IMG/VR virus record: IMGVR_UViG_3300037791_000051
Location: 1 to 35,028 of that record
DNA length: 35,028 nt
From: a virus
Taxonomy: Duplodnaviria > Caudoviricetes
Reading direction: 5' to 3' (one strand)
Position numbers and translations under genes: made by a program. Each line of letters begins with the position of its first letter. Position 1 is the first letter of the stretch. Below the pieces are notes generated by a model, which did not search any database, was not told the DNA's origin, and was given only the letters and a program-made list of their open reading frames with translations. This document shows positions 26,924 through 35,028 of the stretch, one piece after another.

Positions 26924-27140
26924 GTGCGAGTGGAAGGGTATATCGTAGATATATACCCCTCCACACTCGCACTTCTGCAGGGTCCGATTGGTAAAGTGCG
27001 ACAGGTGCGAGAAACCACTTTCTCGCACTTCACATGTAATGTTTTCAATGACTTAGCTCCTGTGCTTGGCCCAAGTGCGAGAAACCTTCACTCGCACCTG
27101 ACACCACAACCTTTGGTTGGTTTTCTCGCACCACTCGCAC
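26924..27140. repeat. Probable replication origin: GTGCGAG/CTCGCAC repeats and long inverted repeat
   Basis: Eight exact copies (26924, 26966, 27005, 27022, 27075, 27091, 27125, 27134) plus a variant at 26996, directly downstream of the primase-helicase. Confidence 0.75.
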
Positions 27141-27141
27141 C

Positions 27142-29121
27142 TCACAACTCGCCTTCTGGTTGAAAAAACGCATCCATGGTCACGAGCACGCCGTCGGCTT
27201 CGTGCACCTTTTCACGCTTGATCAACCGCCGCAGCGCATCGCCAGGGGCCTTCGGTGTCATGTCCGGATTTTCACGTTTTGCAATTTCGTAGAGCGTTTT
27301 TCGTTCTATCGGAGCTTCGTTTTCGATGATGTCGTAGATCGTTTTTTCATGACCTTTAAGCTCTAGTTCTGGCTCCACCGGTGCCGCCGTGCGGTCAAAA
27401 ACAAGGCTTGTCATGTCCTCATCTTCGAGCGATCCGACAACCACTTCGCGGCCTTCAAACCAGACCTGTTCAGGCTCTTTTGCGTCTTTCATCTTGGTAC
27501 AAATCAGGCTGGTAGAGAGCGCGCCGTCGGCCCTCTCAACCCGGTACTCAAAGTCCATCCCGCCCTTCAACGCTGTGGCACCGCGCGCACGTTGTTTCTG
27601 GCTATGGCCGGAATGGTGGACAATCACCACGGTCGCGCCGTAGCGCAGCCGCAATAGGGTATCGACATGGTGGATAAACACGCCCATGTCGGCATTAGAA
27701 TTTTCATCAGCCGGGCCGAAGTTGCGCGCCAGTGTGTCGATCACGACCATGCGCGGTTTGCCATGCTGGCGCGCGATGGCGTCCACCGCCTGCGTCACCA
27801 GTTTGGCATTTTCCGCGTCGTAAAGGCGCGCCGGTTGTTCGCTCACGTAAAACGGCAGATCGGCGATTGAGACGCCGCGATCTTGCTGCCAAGCAGCGAA
27901 ACGCCGGGCTAACCCGCCGTGCCCCTCACCTGCGATATAGGCCACCGGCCCGCCTTCGACCTTACGGTCGTGCCAAGACGTGCCAGCAGCCACGCACAGC
28001 GCCATATCCAGCGCCAGAAACGATTTGAACGCGCCAGGGTCGCCGAACAACATGCCGGTGGTGTTGCGCTCAAGAAAGCCGTTGACCAGCCAGTCAATCG
28101 GCCCCAGCTTGGCGAGCACATCGGCAGCGTGCACCATCTTGAAGGTTTGCTTGGGCTTTTCGCCTTTGACCGTGACAGCCTCAAACCCGTCGACACTAGG
28201 CTGCGCGCGTTTGGCCATCTCAAGAATGGTGGCAGCGGTCGTGGGATTGGTGCGCAGATCGGCCTTGAATGACTTCCAGCGGTTGCGCATCTCGCGTTCG
28301 TTGTACTTCGACCCGCCAGCGCTCCACATGTCCCAAATAGCAAAGCCCTCGCCAGAACCATTGAACTGGTGGTGCAGGCCCATGCCGACACGCACCCAAT
28401 CGGCCATCAGCATATCCGGGTCGAGCTTATCAATCGCCGCCTGCAGCTTGGTCGTCGGTATATCGACCGCAGGCTTGGCGTACAGCAGCGCGTCAATCGG
28501 CTCAGCCGATAGATCGCCTGCAACGCCCTCGCCTACCCGCTCCCAATCATCAGGGAATATGCTTTCGGCGTAGGCGCACAATTCGAGCGCCTGGGCGAGC
28601 GTAAGAAGCGGCAGGTCTTGCGGGTTGGTCTCTGCCAGATCGCGCTCACTTACCCACTCATACGGCCTGCCGGTGTCCGGGTGGGTGGCGTAGGCCACGT
28701 ATTGTTGCCCGTCGCCGAGCACCTCGACCTTGTGTTCTTGGCCTGCGAAGTCGGTGTATTTCGCGCTTGATACCTTACTGAACGGCTCGTCTGTGCGGCA
28801 GGCGATCAACAGCTTGGGCGCTTCGCCCACACGCATCGGGCCTTGGATACCGCGATCTGCGCACCACTGCACCAGCTTGTCGATGATCTCAGGGTCGCGC
28901 ACGTCCAGGTCGATAGCTGGGAAGTGTTTGGTCAGAACGCCCACACCGCCCTTGGCGTGCCCGTTGGCGAGCCACCCGGCCAAAGCCTCTTCGGTGGCGA
29001 CGATAGACTGCCATCGGCGCATGCCAGGGTGCTTCGTGCCCGGTTTGATAGGCACGATGGGGTAGCCGCGCGCCAGAAGCGTCGGGCCTTGGATGGCGAG
29101 TGGTGAAGCCCGCCCGGTCAT
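27142..29121 (-). CDS. Primase-polymerase / PriCT-2 / AAA helicase fusion
   Basis: Prim-Pol (IVPIKPGTKHP, IDLD, HPDTG.PY.W), PriCT-2 (WVRVGMGLH..WDMWS..G.KY), Walker A GDPGAFKS, VVIDTLAR, VHHSG. Confidence 0.92.
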   Translation of the reverse strand: MTGRASPLAIQGPTLLARGYPIVPIKPGTKHPGMRRWQSIVATEEALAGWLANGHAKGGVGVLTKHFPAIDLDVRDPEIIDKLVQWCADRGIQGPMRVGEAPKLLIACRTDEPFSKVSSAKYTDFAGQEHKVEVLGDGQQYVAYATHPDTGRPYEWVSERDLAETNPQDLPLLTLAQALELCAYAESIFPDDWERVGEGVAGDLSAEPIDALLYAKPAVDIPTTKLQAAIDKLDPDMLMADWVRVGMGLHHQFNGSGEGFAIWDMWSAGGSKYNEREMRNRWKSFKADLRTNPTTAATILEMAKRAQPSVDGFEAVTVKGEKPKQTFKMVHAADVLAKLGPIDWLVNGFLERNTTGMLFGDPGAFKSFLALDMALCVAAGTSWHDRKVEGGPVAYIAGEGHGGLARRFAAWQQDRGVSIADLPFYVSEQPARLYDAENAKLVTQAVDAIARQHGKPRMVVIDTLARNFGPADENSNADMGVFIHHVDTLLRLRYGATVVIVHHSGHSQKQRARGATALKGGMDFEYRVERADGALSTSLICTKMKDAKEPEQVWFEGREVVVGSLEDEDMTSLVFDRTAAPVEPELELKGHEKTIYDIIENEAPIERKTLYEIAKRENPDMTPKAPGDALRRLIKREKVHEADGVLVTMDAFFQPEGEL

Positions 29122-29133
29122 GTGTCAATTCTC

Positions 29134-29556
29134 TCAGCTAAGTCGCTGAAGCGCATAATCGAGCGCTGCAATATGTCCTTGATTGCCAACCGCATCTTCA
29201 GCGGCAAGACGTTCACGCTGCGCAGAAAGAGCCGCGATAGCATCCCTGGTTTTGGCATCGTGGCGTGCGCGCTCTTTTTCTTCCCATCGCTCATAAGCGT
29301 CCCTCAATTCTAAATACGCTGTCACGCCCCAAGAACCCGCACGGCCATAAAACGCGTCTTTGATCCGCCAATGCGCAACGCCCTTGAAGGCTTTCGCAGC
29401 GGCGTGGATTTGTTGACCAGGACTTCCCCGGCCTTGCGCGGGCGCTTTGACCCAGCGCTCGCAGTCGATAGCGGCATTGCTCATGGGCGCACGCTCCGGC
29501 TGTTCGTGTTTCGTACCCCACAGTTTGTGGGGGATCGGTTCTCGGTTGGTGTGCAT
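29134..29556 (-). CDS. Putative regulator in cII-like position
   Basis: GGAAGAG RBS before ATG 29556; helical, W-R...FYG pattern. Confidence 0.55.
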   Translation of the reverse strand: MHTNREPIPHKLWGTKHEQPERAPMSNAAIDCERWVKAPAQGRGSPGQQIHAAAKAFKGVAHWRIKDAFYGRAGSWGVTAYLELRDAYERWEEKERARHDAKTRDAIAALSAQRERLAAEDAVGNQGHIAALDYALQRLS

Positions 29557-29725
29557 CTCTTCCTGCCTTCCATGCTTGATTGCTGAAACAGGAAGGTTGA
29601 ACGGAGATAAGAACGCTTTTGACCACGACACCAATCGCCAAACTGACTGTCGTGATCACAGATGAAAGACCGGACGGTGAGAACACCGCCCGGCAAGTCG
29701 GCGCCACTAGCGGCGCTGGGAGGAA

Positions 29726-30286
29726 TTACCGAAAACCGCACCGCATCATCCTCAACTGGGCTGACTGGTACGCATTGAGTGAAACGGTCGCGGGTTTGAA
29801 ACCCGCAGGAAAAGCCGTCATGGCTCGGTGCAGACGCTCTTTGGTCTTGCACTCGCGCAGAAAGGCTTCTTCGATTGTCTCGTAAGGTTCTGTGTGCGGC
29901 GCGTAGTCTGCAGGCCCAGGCACCGGTGCCGGGCCGCGCGGGCGACCGGCTTTGAACAACGGGAAACGGTCATCGCCGGTGGCGCGGGCCGCAACGACGC
30001 AACGCTCTAAAACGCTGGCCGAGACATGCAGCGCAGCTGCGACATCTTTCAAAGCTTTGTGATCAGACCAGATGCGCGAAGCGTTGTTCAGAAGCACGCC
30101 GGGGTCGTGCACCGGCTTTCGGGTCGCGGTGGTGCGCTCAATGCCAAATCGCTTGACGAAATTGCTCAGGGTCGGGCGGCTCGCACGCACAATGAAGGCC
30201 ATGTCTTCATACGACGTGCCAGTGTGCGCGCGGCAGAATGCCAGGCGCTCTTCGTGAGACATATCGCGCCAACGTGTTTGCGTCAT
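29726..30286 (-). CDS. Hypothetical protein with two HTH-like segments
   Basis: SYEDMAFIVRASRPTL and LKDVAAALHVSASVL; ATGA overlap with cro. Confidence 0.7.
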   Translation of the reverse strand: MTQTRWRDMSHEERLAFCRAHTGTSYEDMAFIVRASRPTLSNFVKRFGIERTTATRKPVHDPGVLLNNASRIWSDHKALKDVAAALHVSASVLERCVVAARATGDDRFPLFKAGRPRGPAPVPGPADYAPHTEPYETIEEAFLRECKTKERLHRAMTAFPAGFKPATVSLNAYQSAQLRMMRCGFR

Positions 30287-30513
30287 TGGGCGGCCTCGCG
30301 GACAGGCAAGAAATCATTGCCGTCGAGTTTAATGCCGTCGGCCTCTGCAGCTTCGATCAGTTTAGGAATGTGCGTTTGAGGGATCACACCGCCCGTGCCG
30401 CCCTTATTTTGGGGCCAAGTCCACCCGTAAACACGGGTTCGATGAACGCCGACAATAGTAGCGACTTTCGCGAAGCCACCCAAACGGCTGATAATGGTGA
30501 TTGCAGGTTCCAT
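30283..30513 (-). CDS. cro: Cro-like repressor
   Basis: II.RLGG..KVA..VGV..TRVY.W....GGTGG.IP; divergent from cI. Confidence 0.85.
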   Translation of the reverse strand: MEPAITIISRLGGFAKVATIVGVHRTRVYGWTWPQNKGGTGGVIPQTHIPKLIEAAEADGIKLDGNDFLPVREAAQ

Positions 30514-30522
30514 ATCTGCAAT

Positions 30523-30572
30523 GTAGCGAAATGCGCTACGATTGCAAGCGCATTTGTAGCGAATAGAGAAAC
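30523..30572. promoter_or_regulatory. Right operators, 17 bp (GTAGCG-N5-CGCTAC)
   Basis: Perfect site 30523-30539; imperfect site 30556-30572; between cro and cI. Confidence 0.75.
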
Positions 30573-30606
30573 TGCGCGATTGCTGGGTGGTCGCTATTAC
30601 CTGTCC

Positions 30607-31251
30607 ATGTTGTCAGATTGGCTACAGAATGTGATGGAGCAAACCGGCATTAAGCAGGCCGAACTTGCTCGTCTGTTATCGGATGAATTAGGCCGGTCGA
30701 TAGACCGCGCGGCGGTCAACAAGATGCTTAAGGGCACCCGCGCGATTAGCGGCGATGAATTGCTCGCCATAGAGCGGCTGACACAAACGCCCGTTGCTCG
30801 TTCTTCTCAAATCGAAATGCGATCCATCCAGGTTATCGGCCATGTGCAGGCCGGATACTGGACAGAAGCCTTCGAGTGGCAAGAGGATGAACGCTACAGC
30901 GTTCCGGTGCCAGCCGATCCCGAATTAAAGCCCTATCAGCTTTATGGTGCAGAGATGCGCGGCGCGTCCATGAATAAGTGGCGTCCTGAAGGCACGGTTA
31001 TCGTGTTCACCAAGCAAATTGAAACTGGTGAAGATATGCGCATTGGAAGCCGCTACGTGGTGGAACGCACCAATGGCCATGAGTTTGAGTGCACCGTCAA
31101 AACGCTATGGCAAGACGAACAGGGCGAGCTGTGGCTATTGCCCGAAAGCACAGACCCGCGCTTTCAGGAACCTATCAGGGCCAACGGCAACAATGGCGAT
31201 GAAGTCAGGATCATAGGCCGCGTGGTGTATAGCGTTTCCAAGGAAAGCTAG
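30607..31251 (+). CDS. cI: CI-like repressor, XRE HTH plus S24 peptidase
   Basis: KQAELARLL...VNKMLKG.R HTH; G.VQAG cleavage site; G.SM (Ser) and TVK (Lys); start revised to ATG 30607, apparently leaderless. Confidence 0.92.
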   Translation: MLSDWLQNVMEQTGIKQAELARLLSDELGRSIDRAAVNKMLKGTRAISGDELLAIERLTQTPVARSSQIEMRSIQVIGHVQAGYWTEAFEWQEDERYSVPVPADPELKPYQLYGAEMRGASMNKWRPEGTVIVFTKQIETGEDMRIGSRYVVERTNGHEFECTVKTLWQDEQGELWLLPESTDPRFQEPIRANGNNGDEVRIIGRVVYSVSKES

Positions 31252-31253
31252 GG

Positions 31254-31757
31254 GTGTTTGTTCTCGACATTCCCGATTTTGCTAACGCGGATGCGCAGTT
31301 TTTAGAAGAAACAGCGCCGGGTGGTGGCGACGCAATAGCCCAAGCCCCTTTTGGTTACATGTCCGATACGCAAGAGGTTGTGTCTATCGCTGCCGTTTTA
31401 TCAGTGATGACGGGCGACGTTGATTGCTATGAATTGGTTTTTTTTGTTTCTAAATCAGACCCTCTTTCAGATGATATGTACCAGTATTGGGACGGAAAAA
31501 GCACAAAAACCTTCATTCAAAAGCGGCGAGACCGCACCGTTGCGGGCGGGTTGCTGATGGCCTGCGTTAATGAGTTGATCGACCTAAAACAGCCTAAAAG
31601 AGTGTTTATGGCGACCCACGAAGCGCACTTGCCAAAAAAAGCGCTCATAAAATATCATGCGATTTGTTCAGTGTTTTCTGATAAAGGGTATTATATAGAA
31701 CCGCAGCCATCACATCGTGGCCGGTTGGCATGGCACTTCACCATGCACGCAAGCTAA
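31254..31757 (+). CDS. Uncharacterised protein co-transcribed with cI (possible GNAT-like fold)
   Basis: GTG 2 nt after the cI stop with AAGGA upstream; visibly AT-richer than neighbours. Confidence 0.7.
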   Translation: MFVLDIPDFANADAQFLEETAPGGGDAIAQAPFGYMSDTQEVVSIAAVLSVMTGDVDCYELVFFVSKSDPLSDDMYQYWDGKSTKTFIQKRRDRTVAGGLLMACVNELIDLKQPKRVFMATHEAHLPKKALIKYHAICSVFSDKGYYIEPQPSHRGRLAWHFTMHAS

Positions 31758-31776
31758 ACGGATAAGGGTTGAGACA

Positions 31777-31962
31777 ATGACAGCTAAGCCTGATCGGGAA
31801 ACTATCGAGCGGCTTATGGATGAAACCAAAGAGCGCCACCAAGCGATTGCGGAAAAAATCGGCAAGAACTCTCAGTTGCGCTCAGCTTTCAGCCGCCCCC
31901 GCAGAAACAAAGATGACGCGCGCTTTGTTGAACGGCCCATGAAGGTGACGTTGGGCGCCTAA
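31777..31962 (+). CDS. Small basic protein, 61 aa, third gene of the cI operon
   Basis: AAGGG..GAGA before ATG 31777; followed by terminator. Confidence 0.65.
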   Translation: MTAKPDRETIERLMDETKERHQAIAEKIGKNSQLRSAFSRPRRNKDDARFVERPMKVTLGA

Positions 31963-31991
31963 GACGCAGCTTATAGTCACTATAAACCACC

Positions 31992-32021
31992 AAGCCCCGC
32001 CCTCGCACGGCGGGGTTTTTT
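31992..32021 (+). terminator. Intrinsic terminator ending the cI operon
   Basis: GCCCCGCC-CTCGCAC-GGCGGGGT followed by a T-run. Confidence 0.85.
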
Positions 32022-32051
32022 GTGCGCGCGATTCTGGTCGTCGCACAAATC

Positions 32052-32105
32052 GTATCTATAATCGCTACATAATGCTTGACTGTATGTAGCGAATTGCGCT
32101 ACGTT
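32052..32105 (+). promoter_or_regulatory. Left operators and PL-like promoter
   Basis: GTATCT-ATAAT-CGCTAC (32052-32068), GTAGCG-AATTG-CGCTAC (32086-32102); -35 TTGACT at 32076, -10 TACGTT at 32100. Confidence 0.8.
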
Positions 32106-32143
32106 GCATCCATCGAACAAAACGCAACACGATGGAACGCACG

Positions 32144-32476
32144 ATGCAAAGCGCAACACCCTTCACCTTCAATGCCAGCCAATCAGGCATCGACATTATC
32201 GTCGATTTGGAATGCGACCTGGAATGCTATGTGTCGTTTGAAGACGACGAAAGCGGCCCAGAAGTTACCGTACACAACGTCACCATCTTTCAGGGTGACG
32301 CACGTTTTAACCTCGCTCAAAGTGACGATCCTTTCTACTTGAGGCTGCGCGGCGATATTATCGCAGCCGCTCTTGGTGATGTGGATTTCTTGGAGCGCGT
32401 TTGCGAAGCCCGTGGCATCTTCTTCACCGGTATTAACGGCAACGACCCCGATGGCCGCTATGTGGAGGCCGCGTAA
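32144..32476 (+). CDS. Hypothetical early protein (acidic)
   Basis: First gene after PL; start 32132 or 32144. Confidence 0.7.
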   Translation: MQSATPFTFNASQSGIDIIVDLECDLECYVSFEDDESGPEVTVHNVTIFQGDARFNLAQSDDPFYLRLRGDIIAAALGDVDFLERVCEARGIFFTGINGNDPDGRYVEAA

Positions 32477-32553
32477 TGCCGACCGTCAAAGACCTTTGCG
32501 CGGCGGCGTCTCTCGCCTTGTTCATCACCGCAATGATCGTGGTGCTGCCATGA
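32476..32553 (+). CDS. 25-aa hydrophobic peptide (MPTVKDLCAAASLALFITAMIVVLP)
   Basis: GGAGG RBS; TAATG and ATGA overlaps on both sides. Confidence 0.55.
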   Translation: MPTVKDLCAAASLALFITAMIVVLP

Positions 32554-32747
32554 ACGACAACACCCCCGCCCCCGACCATGTGTTTGAGGATCTGCAAGAG
32601 GCCGCGCAGCGGGCAACCGCTTCGCTGACGGCTAACATGCAAGCCGCAGACGAGCACACGCTGGCCAAGGCCCGCGATGCCGCCCACCAAGCCAACGCCT
32701 TGGTCGAGTTTATCGAAAACGCTTTGCAACCGGACGTGCCAGCATGA
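32550..32747 (+). CDS. Hypothetical helical protein, 65 aa
   Basis: ATGA overlaps at both ends. Confidence 0.6.
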   Translation: MNDNTPAPDHVFEDLQEAAQRATASLTANMQAADEHTLAKARDAAHQANALVEFIENALQPDVPA

Positions 32748-33487
32748 CCGCTTACGACCGCGAAACCATGCGCCTGCGAACCCGTGTGCGCAACATGACA
32801 CCCGATGAAGTGGCGCGCGAGTACCGCGCAGACGACAGCCCGGTGGTGTCGGCGCTGGCGCAATTTGTCGAAGACGTGAGCACCGAAGTCGCCGGGCTAG
32901 AAGCCGACATTGAAGCGCTTGAAAAGGAAGCCGACGCGGACTGCAGCGAGTGTGAGGCCAAAGAAGCCCACCTGGAAAAGATCGAAGACGACCACGCCGA
33001 CGCGCTGGACAAGAAAGACGAAGAGATTGCGCACCTCAACACGCGCATCGAAGAATTTGCGGCGGAAAGCGCCGCCAAATCCCAACGCATCACCGAATTG
33101 GAGAACACAATGGTCCGCACCATCGAAGACCGTTTGACCGACATCGAAAACACACTGGCGCGTGTCGTGCTGATGCTTGAAGCGCGCGAAGGCGACCCAG
33201 TTGCCAAACCGGCGGACAAGCCCGCAGCAAAGACTGAGAAGCCCAAAGCCGACAAGCCTAAGGCGGAAACGCCCAAGCCGGTTGAAGAAGCCAAAGACGT
33301 GACGCTCACCATTGAAGACCTGCGCAACGTGTTCATGGAAGCGGTGAAGGTTTCCGGCAAAGACCCGGCCAAAGACGCGGTGCTTGAGAACGCACCGGGC
33401 GCGAAGAAACTGCCCGACGTGGCACCAGAACACTACCAGGCCGTGTTCGACGCCTTGTCCGCACTGGCACAGCGCGAGGCCGCGTAA
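32744..33487 (+). CDS. Coiled-coil protein with small C-terminal helical domain
   Basis: Acidic coiled coil with CSEC, Lys/Pro linker, TIEDLR...GAKKLPDV.PEHY domain of the kind found before DUF2800 genes. Confidence 0.75.
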   Translation: MTAYDRETMRLRTRVRNMTPDEVAREYRADDSPVVSALAQFVEDVSTEVAGLEADIEALEKEADADCSECEAKEAHLEKIEDDHADALDKKDEEIAHLNTRIEEFAAESAAKSQRITELENTMVRTIEDRLTDIENTLARVVLMLEAREGDPVAKPADKPAAKTEKPKADKPKAETPKPVEEAKDVTLTIEDLRNVFMEAVKVSGKDPAKDAVLENAPGAKKLPDVAPEHYQAVFDALSALAQREAA

Positions 33488-34620
33488 TGAGCGCCCACGC
33501 CAAACTATCGCCATCTGGCGCACACCGGTGGATGGCATGCCCCGGCTCTATCGAAGCCGAAGCAGAGTTCCCAAACGAAACGAGCAGCTACGCCGCCGAA
33601 GGTACGGCGGCGCACGCTTTGGCCGAACACTGCTTGCGTACCGATTGCGATGCGGCGAGCCAGATCGGCGAAACGTTTGAAAGCCACACCGTGGATGCCG
33701 CCATGGCCGAAGCTGTGCAGTCGTACCTGGACTATGTGCGCGCCCTGCCCGGCGACCTGTTGGTCGAAGAGCGGCTGGACCTGTCCGCATACATCCCCGG
33801 CAGCTTTGGCACCGGTGACGCCATCGTCGTTGACGACGACACCATCACCGTTGTGGATTTGAAGTTTGGCAAAGGCGTGCGCGTCGGTGCCGAAGACAAC
33901 CCGCAAGCCATGCTCTACGGCGTTGGCGCGCTGGACGCGTTCGGTTTCCTTGGCGACTTCGAGCACGTCAAACTGTCCATTGTGCAGCCTCGTCTCGACC
34001 ATGTGTCCGAACATGTGATGCGCGTTGACGCGCTACTTGACTGGGCGGTCAACGAAGTGCGCCAAGCGGCCAACAGTGCGCTTATGCCCGGTGCCGAACG
34101 CGTGCCCGGCGAAAAGCAGTGCCGGTTCTGCCGTGCCAAGGGTACGTGCCGCGCACTGGCAGCGCACAGCCTGAAAACCGTGATGGACGGTTTCGAGCCG
34201 CAGTTCGCGCCGATCAAGCTCAAAGGCGTTGACGATCTGAGCATTGAAGAGGTCGCGACGTTGCTGCCCCAGTTCGATTTGATCACGACATGGATCAAAT
34301 CCGTTCAAGCCCACGCCATCGGCGCTGCAGAGCGCGGTGAGATCGTGCCGGGCTATAAGCTGGTGAACGGCTTGGCCCGACGCACATGGGCCGATGAAGA
34401 CGCGGCGGGCAAGGCTCTGCAGCGCAAGCTCGGCGCCAAAGCCGCGTGGCGCAAGTCGCCCATCACGATCACCGACGCCGAAAAGGCGCTGGGCAAAAAC
34501 GATCCCATTATCGCGAAACACACGACGAAGCCGCAAGGCAAGCCGGTGCTCGCGCCCCTGTCGGACAAACGTCCGGCGATTGAAGTGGACCCGACAGCCG
34601 GGTTCGAGAACGCAGCCTAG
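33487..34620 (+). CDS. DUF2800 (Cas4/PD-(D/E)xK-like) exonuclease
   Basis: HAKLSPSGAHRWMACPGS, EGTAAH, FGTGDA, DLKFGKG, Q..LY, CRFC.AK..C. Confidence 0.9.
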   Translation: MSAHAKLSPSGAHRWMACPGSIEAEAEFPNETSSYAAEGTAAHALAEHCLRTDCDAASQIGETFESHTVDAAMAEAVQSYLDYVRALPGDLLVEERLDLSAYIPGSFGTGDAIVVDDDTITVVDLKFGKGVRVGAEDNPQAMLYGVGALDAFGFLGDFEHVKLSIVQPRLDHVSEHVMRVDALLDWAVNEVRQAANSALMPGAERVPGEKQCRFCRAKGTCRALAAHSLKTVMDGFEPQFAPIKLKGVDDLSIEEVATLLPQFDLITTWIKSVQAHAIGAAERGEIVPGYKLVNGLARRTWADEDAAGKALQRKLGAKAAWRKSPITITDAEKALGKNDPIIAKHTTKPQGKPVLAPLSDKRPAIEVDPTAGFENAA

Positions 34621-34632
34621 GAGACTACCAAA

Positions 34633-35028
34633 ATGGCAATACGAGAATTTGATGACGGCTCTTTCATCCTGAAGGGCGCGCGCCTCAGCTACCCCCATCT
34701 GTTCACGCCATCGGCGGCGGTGGCCAGCGCCACCAAGAAATACAGCGGCAACTTTTTGCTCGACGATGAAGACGATGTGGCTTGGGTGCAAGCGCGCGTC
34801 GATGAACTGATCAAATCTGAACTTAAAGGCAAGCGCCCCGCCGATCAGTCAATCGCGTTGCGTGAGAACGACAACGGCGATGCGTTTATCAAAGCGGCGA
34901 ACAAGTCGCGCCCGGCATTGCGCACTGCAAGCCTTGAGGTGGTCGATAGCGAAGACGACAGCCCGTTTTACCCTGGTTGCTACGTCAACGTGCGTATGAG
35001 CCTCAAGGCCAACAATCTGACCGGTCAG
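34633..35028 (+). CDS. DUF2815 ssDNA-binding protein (T7 gp2.5-like), truncated by window
   Basis: GGAGA RBS; ARLSYPHLF.P, KYS..FL, FI.A.NK.RP, FYPGCYVN. Confidence 0.85.
   Translation, partial: MAIREFDDGSFILKGARLSYPHLFTPSAAVASATKKYSGNFLLDDEDDVAWVQARVDELIKSELKGKRPADQSIALRENDNGDAFIKAANKSRPALRTASLEVVDSEDDSPFYPGCYVNVRMSLKANNLTGQ

Larger units (their letters stand above)
487..35028. mobile_element. Temperate prophage with contractile tail (myovirus-type), continuing beyond the right edge
   Basis: Ordered lysis-tail-head-packaging-replication-immunity-early modules; left end marked by a tRNA-3'-end-like att core. Confidence 0.95.

Noticed and set aside
26924-27140. CRISPR-like array, or coding N-terminus of ORF 26600-27028
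   Set aside because: Repeats are 7 bp in mixed orientation with irregular spacing; better explained as an origin, with the gene starting at 26893
30238-30606. 123-aa N-terminal extension of CI in the ORF track
   Set aside because: It overlaps cro and the operators; the HTH begins at ATG 30607
33487-34620. CRISPR-Cas system from the Cas4-like nuclease
   Set aside because: DUF2800 is a common stand-alone phage nuclease; no cas1/cas2 or array present
12426-34791. Long antisense ORFs (e.g. 12426-13115, 20823-21701, 23761-24417, 32752-33372, 34033-34791)
   Set aside because: Shadow ORFs opposite well-supported genes in GC-rich DNA, with no motifs

Overview
Almost the whole window (about 487 to the right edge) is one temperate prophage, most likely of an alphaproteobacterial host. 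Its left boundary is a probable attachment core at 487-502 that reads as a tRNA 3' end on the minus strand. Inside, left to right, are: a minimal C5-cytosine-methyltransferase-like gene (+); a long minus-strand late operon (HTH-metallophosphoesterase, lysis genes with a GH19 endolysin, tail fibres, baseplate, tape measure, frameshifted tail chaperone, contractile tail tube and sheath, neck, capsid, scaffold, DUF4055 portal, PBSX-type terminase); a structured late leader with a promoter behind a DUF6456/Q-like regulator; a repeat-rich origin next to a Prim-Pol/PriCT-2/AAA primase-helicase; a lambda-like cro/cI switch with 17-bp operators; an uncharacterised gene pair downstream of cI; and the start of a + strand early operon (DUF2800 nuclease, DUF2815 SSB, truncated by the window). 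No integrase lies inside the window. The best candidates for undescribed biology are the gene pair behind cI, the antisense zinc-ribbon membrane gene beside the tape measure gene, the structured RNAs in the late leader and early-right operon, and the att-adjacent minimal methyltransferase. Family names come from motif recognition and gene order, not database searches.
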